Positions 16,804-24,724 of a DNA stretch of 24,724 bases are shown here, one piece after another (position 1 is the stretch's first letter; each line of letters opens with the position of its first letter). The notes below the pieces were generated by a model, which made no database searches, was not told where the DNA came from, and saw nothing but the letters and a program-made list of their open reading frames with translations. The translations under genes were made by a program, and so were the position numbers. Source of the stretch: Candidatus Cloacimonadota bacterium (GTDB lineage: Bacteria > Cloacimonadota > Cloacimonadia > Cloacimonadales > TCS61); the NCBI GenBank assembly GCA_016927675.1, contig JAFGMF010000035.1:1-24724 (forward strand), in the 5' to 3' direction.

Positions 16804-19035
16804 TCAAAAAGTGGTGCCAAATTGAAAGTGTGGCTCCCATTTTCGTTCATCCAGATTATAAGCATAGTCAAAACCGATCAATCCAAAAGGACTCTGCACT
16901 CTGATACCAACTCCGGCACCTTTTTTTAATTCCCAGAAGTTGAATTTACTTAGGCTGTTGTAACTGTTACCGGCATCGAAAAAGAGAAGACCGACAATTT
17001 GATCTCCGGCAATAGGTGCACCATATTCTGTTGAAAAGATGACTTCTCTCAATCCACCATCTGCAGGACCGACAGAACGTTCCGGATAACCTCTGATTCC
17101 ATCAGCTCCGGTACCGCCCAGAGAAAACCTTTCATCGGGCGGAACATCTTTTCCGTCAAAACCTGTAACATAGCCAAAACGCCATTTGGTTTTCAGAGAA
17201 AGTTCCCAGATGGTTTTAATGTACCAGCTTACCTGAGATATCTGTTTGAAATAACTGAAGTCACCCTGAAGCGGTCCCCCGGCTAATTCATTGTAAATCG
17301 TGAACTGAGAACCCGTGGTCGGGAAAAAGATATTATCCCGGCTGTCTCTGGAAAAGGTCAGAGATATCAAACTTGTATGTTGCCATCCGGACTCATCCAG
17401 ATCTTTCAGGGTATTCGAAGCATTATCTTCTTCGCCTGAAAGGATACTGTATTTCTTGGCATAGTAAGAATATCCGGCAGTGAGTCTGCTGAAATTCAAA
17501 AATGGCAGAGGACGTCCTATCCTGATCGATCCGCCGTTGGTTCGAACTTTATAGGTATCCCATTCTTTGGTGGTATGATAGATATCGAATCCTGCCAGAG
17601 TGGAGGTATCAAAAAGGTACGGATTGGTGAAATTAAAACTGAAATTCTGGGTTTTACCGCCAAACTCCCATTTGACTCCGGCTTGCCAGGAATTTCCGAA
17701 AAGATTATTATGAGATACTGCCAGCTGGCCTACCAGTCCGTCCTGACTGTTAATGGCAACACCTCCATTAGCGGATCCGGATACTTTATCGGTAAGGTAA
17801 AGATTGATGTCAATATCACCGTTATTATTAATCGGAGCGGAAGGTTCTGGATAAAGGTCCGGTTCGAAGAATCCCATGTTGTAGATGTTGGACAGGGTTC
17901 GTCTTAGTTTGGATTGCTGATAATAGTCACCCGGGGAGATTGCTAACTGACGGCGAATTACCTTTTCTTTGGTTTTACGATTGCCCAGGATGTTAATTTT
18001 GCGAATCCTGGCTTGGGTATTTTCGATTATCTTCAGGCGGATGTCTATTTTATCGCCTCTTTTCTCTAGATCATGATCAAAGCGGGAATAAATATAACCT
18101 TCTTCATAATACATGGAGGCGACTGAGGATAAATGAGTTTTAAACTTTTCCAGATTAAAAACTTCATCTTCTTTAAATCTGAAATTTTCAGTGATAACTT
18201 CATCAGTAAATCTATCATTACCTTCTACATATACATCCCCGAAGTTATATGACTCGCCCTCGAACAGATAGATATCCACAATAAATTTTTCATCTTCAAT
18301 TTTTTTATCCCAGGAGATCACTCTGGCATCGATAAACCCGCGTTTATTGTAAAACTCAACGATCCTGGTCAGATCTTCATCGAATTTATCCTGCTCGAAT
18401 TTACCGGAGCGGAAAAAACTGGCACTTTTTGTTTTCATTTTTCCCAGGATTTTTTTGGCAGGGATTTCCTTGTTTCCATGTATTCGGATTGACCTGATCA
18501 CGATTTTTGTACTTTCATCAATGTTTATGATCAGATCTACTCTGTTATCGGGTTTGGATATTTCAGTAAAATTGACTTCAGCAAGATGATATCCTTTTTG
18601 TTTATATTCAGAAATTATCTTCTTTTTGATATCTACCTTAAGGAATGGCGATAAATAACTGCCCTTTTTTACCGGGATGATATCAGTAAGTCTGGCAGTC
18701 TTAACTTTTTCGTTGTTCTGGATTTCAATTTCATCCACAATTGGGAATTCAATTACATCAACAGTGATAATAATTCCCTGATCAAGTTGCTCTCCCGATA
18801 TCCTGATATCCTCGAAAACACCTAACTTATAAAGATCCTGAATTGATTTGCTCACAGCTTCCCGGGTGAGTAAATCCCCTATCTCAAAGTCCAGAAGAGA
18901 TAAGATCAGATCGGTTTCTATATTTTCTGTCCCCTGGATCTCAATATCCAGGATAAGATTATTACCTTCCTGCGCCAGGCACAGATTAACCCAGAACAGC
19001 CCCAGTATAGCTGTGATGAAAATAATTCTGAACAT
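16804..19035 (-). CDS. bamA: Outer membrane protein assembly factor BamA
   Basis: Signal peptide; POTRA-like repeats (IEIQGTE, IRIHGNK, VYVEGND, INILGNRKTKEKVIRRQL); barrel with IRGY, FFDAGN, GAGVGIRVQSPFG and a C-terminal FQFGTTF. GGAGG RBS. Confidence 0.95.
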   Translation of the reverse strand: MFRIIFITAILGLFWVNLCLAQEGNNLILDIEIQGTENIETDLILSLLDFEIGDLLTREAVSKSIQDLYKLGVFEDIRISGEQLDQGIIITVDVIEFPIVDEIEIQNNEKVKTARLTDIIPVKKGSYLSPFLKVDIKKKIISEYKQKGYHLAEVNFTEISKPDNRVDLIINIDESTKIVIRSIRIHGNKEIPAKKILGKMKTKSASFFRSGKFEQDKFDEDLTRIVEFYNKRGFIDARVISWDKKIEDEKFIVDIYLFEGESYNFGDVYVEGNDRFTDEVITENFRFKEDEVFNLEKFKTHLSSVASMYYEEGYIYSRFDHDLEKRGDKIDIRLKIIENTQARIRKINILGNRKTKEKVIRRQLAISPGDYYQQSKLRRTLSNIYNMGFFEPDLYPEPSAPINNNGDIDINLYLTDKVSGSANGGVAINSQDGLVGQLAVSHNNLFGNSWQAGVKWEFGGKTQNFSFNFTNPYLFDTSTLAGFDIYHTTKEWDTYKVRTNGGSIRIGRPLPFLNFSRLTAGYSYYAKKYSILSGEEDNASNTLKDLDESGWQHTSLISLTFSRDSRDNIFFPTTGSQFTIYNELAGGPLQGDFSYFKQISQVSWYIKTIWELSLKTKWRFGYVTGFDGKDVPPDERFSLGGTGADGIRGYPERSVGPADGGLREVIFSTEYGAPIAGDQIVGLLFFDAGNSYNSLSKFNFWELKKGAGVGIRVQSPFGLIGFDYAYNLDERKWEPHFQFGTTF

Positions 19036-19219
19036 TCAACCTCCGTTATGCTCCAAAACTTCCGCCTGATTTCCAACGGTCAAGTTGAATTCAAAATAAA
19101 TTTCACTCTGAAACGTCAACATTTATTTACATTCAATAGGTATTTTGAGATTTTGATAAATTAAATGTTCCCGATCGGAAGATAGTCATAATTATGAATT
19201 AAATCAAATAAATAACTGC

Positions 19220-19248
19220 TTGACAGAAAGGAGGTATGTTTTTTTTGT
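19220..19248 (+). promoter_or_regulatory. Candidate promoter of the rimP-nusA-infB operon
   Basis: TTGACA at 19220-19225, 17 nt, TTTTGT, in an AT-rich divergent intergenic region. Confidence 0.45.
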
Positions 19249-19281
19249 GAATAAAGTTAAGAAAAAAAGCAGAGGATTTTA

Positions 19282-19339
19282 GCTGACTTAGGGTCAGCAT
19301 TTTTTTGATATTTTTGCTATACCACTGGTTTTCAGTGGT
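19282..19339 (+). promoter_or_regulatory. rimP leader with two hairpins (possible attenuator)
   Basis: GCTGAC-TTAGG-GTCAGC followed by A and T7; ACCACTG-GTTTT-CAGTGGT followed by TT. Confidence 0.5.
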
Positions 19340-19368
19340 TTAGTGTTATTATGGGAAATAATTGCAGC

Positions 19369-19842
19369 ATGGATAAGAAAAAAGAAAGAATTGAAGAAAT
19401 CGCCAGGCAGGTATGTCAGGATCTGGATCTGGCCTTGTATGATCTGGATCTGAAAAGTGCCCATAAAGGTACTATAGTGCTGATCTATATCACCAAAATT
19501 AATGGCGTTAGCGTTGGTGACTGTCAGCAGGTTAGTCGTACTGTGGGTGCTATTCTCGAGGAAGAAGATTTGATTGCCGGTAGATATTTTCTGGAAGTAT
19601 CATCTCCGGGGCTTGAGCGTGAATTAAAGCGGAAAAAACATTATGTCAGCGCGATCAATGAATTGCTCAAGCTCACCTATCATGAACTTGATAAGAACAT
19701 GACGGTGACGGGTACTTTACTGGAAGTAATGGAAGACAGTATTTTACTGGAAGTTGACGAACAACCGGTAGAAATTTCCTTTAATGATATTCGCAAGGCG
19801 AGAACATATTTCGACTTTAAAAAAGTTAAGAAACAAGGGTGA
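19369..19842 (+). CDS. rimP: Ribosome maturation factor RimP
   Basis: GVSVGDCQQVSR, YFLEVSSPGLERELK, ISFNDIRKAR. The second ATG (19369, MDKKKERIEE) is preferred over 19351 by comparison with typical RimP N-termini. Confidence 0.92.
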   Translation: MDKKKERIEEIARQVCQDLDLALYDLDLKSAHKGTIVLIYITKINGVSVGDCQQVSRTVGAILEEEDLIAGRYFLEVSSPGLERELKRKKHYVSAINELLKLTYHELDKNMTVTGTLLEVMEDSILLEVDEQPVEISFNDIRKARTYFDFKKVKKQG

Positions 19843-19851
19843 GGAGAAAAG

Positions 19852-21087
19852 ATGAGCATGAATTTGATGGGATCTTTGGCTGAATTGGCCAATTTGAAAC
19901 AGCTGAACAAAGAGAAATTGGCAGAGATCATCAAAGAAGGTCTTTATCAGGCTATTTCAAAAAAATTACAGCCAGAGAATGAACTTGAGATCCTGACCGA
20001 TTTTGAAACCAACAGGATTACTGCCCGGTTTAAGAAAATAGTAGTCGAGCATGATCTTTCTCTGGGAGAGATTTCACTTGAGGAAGCTCTTAAATATGAA
20101 GATTCTGAACTTGAGTTGGGAGATAAGATCCCGATTGAAATGCCAATTTTCGATTTTGAACCCAAAGTAATTCGTAATGCCCGGAAAGCAATCCTGGAAA
20201 GGATAAAATTGCTTGAAGAAGACAGAATTATGTTCGACTATGAAAATCAGAAGAATCAGATAATTTCAGGTAAAGTCACCAAAGAAGATTACAACGGTTA
20301 TATCCTTGATATCGGCTATACAGATGCACTGCTGCCCAAAGACGAACAGGTCGAGGATGAATACTATAAGGTGAACGATATCATCCGTGCCTATGTGGTC
20401 AATATCAGAAAACGGAAAAATGACGTTGTCGTAATCCTCTCCAGAACACGTCCTGAATTTGTCAAAAAGATCTTTGAGACTGAAATTCCTGAAATAAACA
20501 GCGGGTTGATCGAGGTAAAAAAAATTGTCAGAGAACCGGGAATCAGGACCAAGATTGCCGTCAGATCATTAGATGCCAAGATCGACGCTACGGCTTGCTG
20601 TCTGGGTCCAAAAGGCATCAGAATTGAGCAGATCAAAAATGAATTGAATAACGAAATGGTTGATATTGTCCTCTGGGATGATTCTCCTGAACAACTTATC
20701 GCCAATGCCATAGGACCTGATCTGGTAGAAAAAGTCTATCTTGCTGATCGGGGAAATTTTGCCCGGATTATCGTAAACGAGAAGAACAAGAATCTTGCCA
20801 TCGGGAAAAAGGGTAAAAATGTTAAACTTGCAGCAAAATTAACCGATTATAAACTTGATATTTATACTGAAGAAGAATTCGAAGATAAAATTTCCGAGGA
20901 ACGTAGAATTACGAGTCATGTAAGTGATCTCGATGGAGTAACGGCGAAGATCGCAGAAATTCTCAAAATCCACGGATACACATCTGTCCAGGATATTTAT
21001 GAAGCCAGTGTAGAAGAGCTGTGCAATCTGGAAGGACTGGGGATGAAAACTGCGAGTAAAATAAAGGAATCAGCCAAGTATTTTTAA
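19852..21087 (+). CDS. nusA: Transcription termination/antitermination factor NusA
   Basis: N-domain, S1 domain, VILSRTRPEF, KH motifs (REPGIRTKIAV, CLGPKGIRI, AIGKKGKNVKLAAKLTDYKLDI), one C-terminal HhH-like acidic repeat. Confidence 0.96.
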   Translation: MSMNLMGSLAELANLKQLNKEKLAEIIKEGLYQAISKKLQPENELEILTDFETNRITARFKKIVVEHDLSLGEISLEEALKYEDSELELGDKIPIEMPIFDFEPKVIRNARKAILERIKLLEEDRIMFDYENQKNQIISGKVTKEDYNGYILDIGYTDALLPKDEQVEDEYYKVNDIIRAYVVNIRKRKNDVVVILSRTRPEFVKKIFETEIPEINSGLIEVKKIVREPGIRTKIAVRSLDAKIDATACCLGPKGIRIEQIKNELNNEMVDIVLWDDSPEQLIANAIGPDLVEKVYLADRGNFARIIVNEKNKNLAIGKKGKNVKLAAKLTDYKLDIYTEEEFEDKISEERRITSHVSDLDGVTAKIAEILKIHGYTSVQDIYEASVEELCNLEGLGMKTASKIKESAKYF

Positions 21088-21329
21088 TGGTTAACAAAAA
21101 TTCTCGTGCCTTGCATCAGCCACAGAGAACCTGTGTGATCTGTCGCAGTGTTAAATCTAAACAGGAATTGATCAGATTTATCAGGATAGCGGATCAGGTT
21201 ATCTACGATTTGTCTGGCAAGATCAATCAACGTGGTTATTATGTTTGTAACGATAATAACTGTCTGCAGAAGCTTCCTGTCTGGCAGAGAAAAAAAAGAG
21301 GTAAGCAGGTTGGAAAAAAAAGTATATAA
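21087..21329 (+). CDS. ylxR: YlxR/DUF448 family RNA-binding protein
   Basis: PQRTCVIC...KQELIRF...RGYYVC...C motif; TAATG overlap with nusA. Confidence 0.88.
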   Translation: MVNKNSRALHQPQRTCVICRSVKSKQELIRFIRIADQVIYDLSGKINQRGYYVCNDNNCLQKLPVWQRKKRGKQVGKKSI

Positions 21330-21609
21330 CTTACTTCATCTGGCTAGACGGGCGGGTAAGGTGATCTTCGGATTTGATGCTGTCAAGCGTCTCTGCCATC
21401 AGGGAAAATGCAGACTGCTTCTCTGCAGTTCTGATCTGGCTGAAAAGACCATCAAGAACCTGCGTGAACTGGCGGATGCGTATAATGTCAAGATGATAAT
21501 CTTTGGTAGTATGGCTGATTTTGGGCGAGAGTTCAAAATAAAAGATACCGGAATCATTGCAGTATCTGATGCTGATTTTGCCGGTGGTATTACCCGGATT
21601 TTGGGATAA
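21310..21609 (+). CDS. ylxQ: L7Ae-family RNA-binding protein (YlxQ-like)
   Basis: LLHLARRAGKVIFGFDAV...LLLCSSD...FGREF...IIAVSDADFA. The start is probably TTG at 21310, with GAGGT at 21298-21302, rather than ATG 21232. Confidence 0.85.
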   Translation: MEKKVYNLLHLARRAGKVIFGFDAVKRLCHQGKCRLLLCSSDLAEKTIKNLRELADAYNVKMIIFGSMADFGREFKIKDTGIIAVSDADFAGGITRILG

Positions 21610-21619
21610 TGGAGGAATG

Positions 21620-24040
21620 ATGCCAATCAGAGTACATGAACTTGCGAAAGAGTTTAAAATTTCAACAGCAGCTCTTAAAAAGCACCTTGGTGATATGGGC
21701 GTACAAGTAAAAAGCCATATGAGCCCTGTTGACGATGAAATAGTGGTGAAGATCCGGGCTAAATTCAACGAAGAAGCTGCCGCGGTGAAACAGCGGCAGA
21801 AAGATATAAATACTTATCATAGGAAAATTGAAAGAACTGAAAAACTCAAAGAGGCTGTGGAGAAAGAAAAGCAGGATCAGGAAGTGATTGCCAGGAAGCA
21901 GACGAGGGAAGCAGAAGAGATCCCGGTTTTTGTTGAGAAGACAATAAAAAAAGCTCCGCCGAAAAGAGATAAAAAAGCTCCGGTTTCAAAAACAAAGGTG
22001 ATGCCTTCGGATGAGAAGAAGGATAAATTGCCTGATCCTCAGCCCCTGCCGGAACAAGTTGCACTGGAAAAAAGCAAACAGGAGAAAAAGAAAAAGGAAG
22101 CAGATTCGGAACTCCATCAAAAGCATCTCAAAGCCAAACTCAAGCATATGAAAAAATCCGGACGGAAGAAGAAGTTTATTCCTACCGAGCTTGAAGAAGC
22201 TGAAATATCCCGCAATATCAAAAAGACTTTGATAAGTTCTACCAAAAAGAAAAAATATAAAAAAGACGATAAAAAAGAAGATTTTGTAATTGAAAAAATC
22301 GTTATCAGCGAATTTACTTCGGTAAGTGAATTGGCAAAACTGATGAACATCTCTGCCACTGAGATCATTGCCAAATTCTTTAAAATGGGGCAGATGGTCA
22401 CGATTAATCAGCGACTGGACAGAGAATCGCTGGAAATGATCTGTGATGAATTCGAATTTGATGTTCAATTTGAAGATGAATACGGCAAGGATATCCTGGA
22501 AGAACAGTCTGAGGAAATCGGAGAAATTGAACAGGCAGAGAGACCGCCTGTTGTTACGGTTATGGGTCATGTAGATCATGGGAAAACAGCGATTCTGGAT
22601 CGGATCAGATCAACAAATATCATTGCCGGAGAGGCTGGTGGGATAACACAGCATATCGGAGCATATCAGGTTACTTATAACGAACACAAGATCACCTTTC
22701 TTGATACACCTGGTCACGAAGCTTTTACTGCCATGCGAGCCCGTGGGGCAAATGTAACTGACATCGCGGTGATCGTTGTTGCTGCCAACGAAAGTGTTAA
22801 ACCACAAACTGTTGAAGCGATAGACCATGCCCGTGCGGCTGGAGTGTTGATTATCGTAGCTATCAATAAAATGGATCTTAAAGAAGCCAATTTTGATCGG
22901 ACTGTATCGGATCTGATGAAAAACAACCTGATGTTGGAAGGTTATGGCGGAAATGTACTTTGGGTCAAGTGTTCCGCTCTCACAGGAGAAGGTATCAGTG
23001 ATCTGCTTGATACAATCCTGCTTGCTTCAGAAATGCTGGAATTAAAGGCTCCGATCAATATCAATGGTAAAGGTACCGTTATCGAAGCTCAAATAGATAA
23101 AAGAATGGGAACAATTGTTACCATCCTTCTCCAGGAAGGAACATTGAGTAAGAGTGACAATGTTATCTGCGGAGCTACTTACGGTCGGATCAGAAAGATG
23201 GAGGATGAACGTGGCAAGGAGTTGCTGGTTTTAAATCCATCAGATGTTGCCATAATTTACGGAATTTCCGATGTGCCTAAAGCAGGAGATTTTCTTGATG
23301 TTGTCGATAATGATAAGATCGCCCGTCAAATCAGTGCTGAACGAATGCATATTCGCAAGGAAAGAGAGAAGTATCAGACGAAAACCAATCTGGATAATCT
23401 TTTCCAGAAAATCAAACAGAATGAAATGTCTGAGATAAAACTGGTTGTCAAAGCAGATACCGATGGTTCGGTAGAAGCTCTTTGCGATTCTTTCGAAAAA
23501 CTCAGTTCGGAAGAAGTTCTGGTCAATGTTATCCGTCGGGCAGTCGGCGGGATAAATGAGGCAGATGTCAGTCTGGCTTCAGCAGCAGATGCTATTATTA
23601 TCGGATTCCATGTGAGAGCTAACAATTCCGCAAAGAAGCTTGCGGAAGATGAAAAGGTAGATATCAAACTTTATCAGATAATTTATGAAGCAATTGAGGA
23701 TATTCAGAAAGCCATGCATGGTATGCTGGCTCCAGAAATGCAGGAAAAATATCTCGGCAGTGCTTTGATCAAACAGATATTCAAGATCAAAAAAGTTGGT
23801 ACAATAGCAGGATGTTATGTAGAGAAGGGAACAATTACCAACTCTGGTAATGTCAGGCTTTATCGCAATGATATCATGATCCATGAAGGTAAACTTTCAT
23901 CATTGAAACATTATGCTGAAGAAGTCAAGGAAGTGAAAGCAGGTTCCGATTGCGGGATCAGTCTGGAAAATTTCAATGATCTCAAAGAGGGTGACATCAT
24001 TGAGAATTATCTGATTGAAGAAGTTGAAAGAAAAATGTAA
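21620..24040 (+). CDS. infB: Translation initiation factor IF-2
   Basis: [10 protein letters not shown]-domain, Lys/Glu-rich linker, [60 protein letters not shown] at 21611-21615 favours ATG 21620 (or 21617). Confidence 0.97.
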   Translation: MPIRVHELAKEFKISTAALKKHLGDMGVQVKSHMSPVDDEIVVKIRAKFNEEAAAVKQRQKDINTYHRKIERTEKLKEAVEKEKQDQEVIARKQTREAEEIPVFVEKTIKKAPPKRDKKAPVSKTKVMPSDEKKDKLPDPQPLPEQVALEKSKQEKKKKEADSELHQKHLKAKLKHMKKSGRKKKFIPTELEEAEISRNIKKTLISSTKKKKYKKDDKKEDFVIEKIVISEFTSVSELAKLMNISATEIIAKFFKMGQMVTINQRLDRESLEMICDEFEFDVQFEDEYGKDILEEQSEEIGEIEQAERPPVVTVMGHVDHGKTAILDRIRSTNIIAGEAGGITQHIGAYQVTYNEHKITFLDTPGHEAFTAMRARGANVTDIAVIVVAANESVKPQTVEAIDHARAAGVLIIVAINKMDLKEANFDRTVSDLMKNNLMLEGYGGNVLWVKCSALTGEGISDLLDTILLASEMLELKAPININGKGTVIEAQIDKRMGTIVTILLQEGTLSKSDNVICGATYGRIRKMEDERGKELLVLNPSDVAIIYGISDVPKAGDFLDVVDNDKIARQISAERMHIRKEREKYQTKTNLDNLFQKIKQNEMSEIKLVVKADTDGSVEALCDSFEKLSSEEVLVNVIRRAVGGINEADVSLASAADAIIIGFHVRANNSAKKLAEDEKVDIKLYQIIYEAIEDIQKAMHGMLAPEMQEKYLGSALIKQIFKIKKVGTIAGCYVEKGTITNSGNVRLYRNDIMIHEGKLSSLKHYAEEVKEVKAGSDCGISLENFNDLKEGDIIENYLIEEVERKM

Positions 24041-24066
24041 ATCCCATTCCAGGGAAAGAAGGGAAT

Positions 24067-24438
24067 ATGACCAGGATCCGAATTCTCAAGCTGGAAAAAA
24101 TGTTGCTGAAAATAATCAGTAATGCGATCAATTATAAATTGAGAGATAGTCATCTGGATATGGTATCTATTAATCATGTAAAACTTTCTAATGATATGGG
24201 ACACGCCAGGATTTACTTTTCTCACCTAGATAAACACTCACTTTCTGATGTTCAACAGGCTTTGGAAAAAAGTTCGGGCTATCTGAAAAATGAAATTGCC
24301 CAGGCTAAGATAATGAGATTGATTCCCGAATTATCCTTTGAATTTGATGATACGGAAGAGAAGGCGCGCCATCTGGATGAGCTCTTTGCCAAACTCGAAG
24401 CGGAAAAGGAACCAGAGATAACGCCGAGCGAAAAATGA
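24067..24438 (+). CDS. rbfA: Ribosome-binding factor A
   Basis: RILKLEKMLLKIIS, VKLSNDMGHARIYF, SSGYLKNEIA, RLIPELSFEFD: RbfA pattern, directly after infB. Confidence 0.92.
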   Translation: MTRIRILKLEKMLLKIISNAINYKLRDSHLDMVSINHVKLSNDMGHARIYFSHLDKHSLSDVQQALEKSSGYLKNEIAQAKIMRLIPELSFEFDDTEEKARHLDELFAKLEAEKEPEITPSEK

Positions 24439-24724
24439 GACTGAATTCTCGTGATGAATTAAAGTCGAGGATCCTTTCTGCAGTCGAAAAAGCAGAATCA
24501 GTAGCCATACTCACCCATATTGATCCTGATGGAGATGGCTTTTGTGCCGCTCTTGCGCTTCAGGCACTGCTCAGTAATTCCGGAAAACCTGTTGAGATCG
24601 TTCTGGAAGAGCAAGCTTCCGATATATACGATTTTGTCGAAGGTGCAGGTAGATCTCTGATCTACCATTCCCAATTGAGTTTTGAACTGCTGTTGATTCT
24701 CGACTGCCATGAAACAGACCGCCT
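24435..24724 (+). CDS. DHH-family phosphoesterase (NrnA-like), 5' part only
   Basis: Manual translation from ATG 24435 (ATGA overlap with rbfA): MRLNSRDELK...AILTHIDPDGDGFCAALAL...LLLILDCHETDR, containing DHH motifs I and II. Truncated by the window edge. Confidence 0.88.
   Translation, partial: MRLNSRDELKSRILSAVEKAESVAILTHIDPDGDGFCAALALQALLSNSGKPVEIVLEEQASDIYDFVEGAGRSLIYHSQLSFELLLILDCHETDR

Noticed and set aside
21232-21309. N-terminal extension of the L7Ae protein in the ORF track
   Set aside because: It lies inside ylxR; TTG at 21310 has an RBS and gives a typical ~100-aa protein.
21557-21619. N-terminal extension of IF-2 in the ORF track
   Set aside because: It overlaps ylxQ; the GGAGG RBS and the IRVHELAKE motif place the start at 21617 or 21620.
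21830-22290. Low-complexity A-rich stretch as a repeat or foreign insert
   Set aside because: It encodes the normal Lys/Glu-rich IF-2 linker, in frame.

Overview
Mostly core-genome DNA from a low-GC (~40%) diderm bacterium. BamA and a TonB-dependent receptor sit beside a rimP-nusA-ylxR-ylxQ-infB-rbfA-DHH operon; Cloacimonadota or a similar anaerobic lineage is my inference only. Left to right: a truncated membrane sensor gene, a divergent phosphoglycerate kinase, an orphan TonB-dependent receptor, a REC-GAF-PAS-PAS hybrid histidine kinase, a DEAD-box helicase and four tRNAs (Gln, Gln, Ser, Ser). Next comes a minus-strand cluster (divergent polysaccharide deacetylase, 826-aa unknown, holA, era), then tRNA-Val, tRNA-Pro, bamA and the nusA/infB operon. 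I see no mobile element, prophage or CRISPR array. The best novelty candidate is the 826-aa protein (12716-15196): an atypical protein-kinase-like domain lacking the canonical catalytic Asp, followed by helical repeats and a multi-pass membrane domain. It lies next to an envelope carbohydrate esterase-like gene and overlaps holA. Secondary oddities are a PGK with altered ligand-binding motifs, a tRNA-Ser(UGA) with a Leu-like core, strong GATC enrichment, and TTGAC promoter candidates with T-rich -10 regions.
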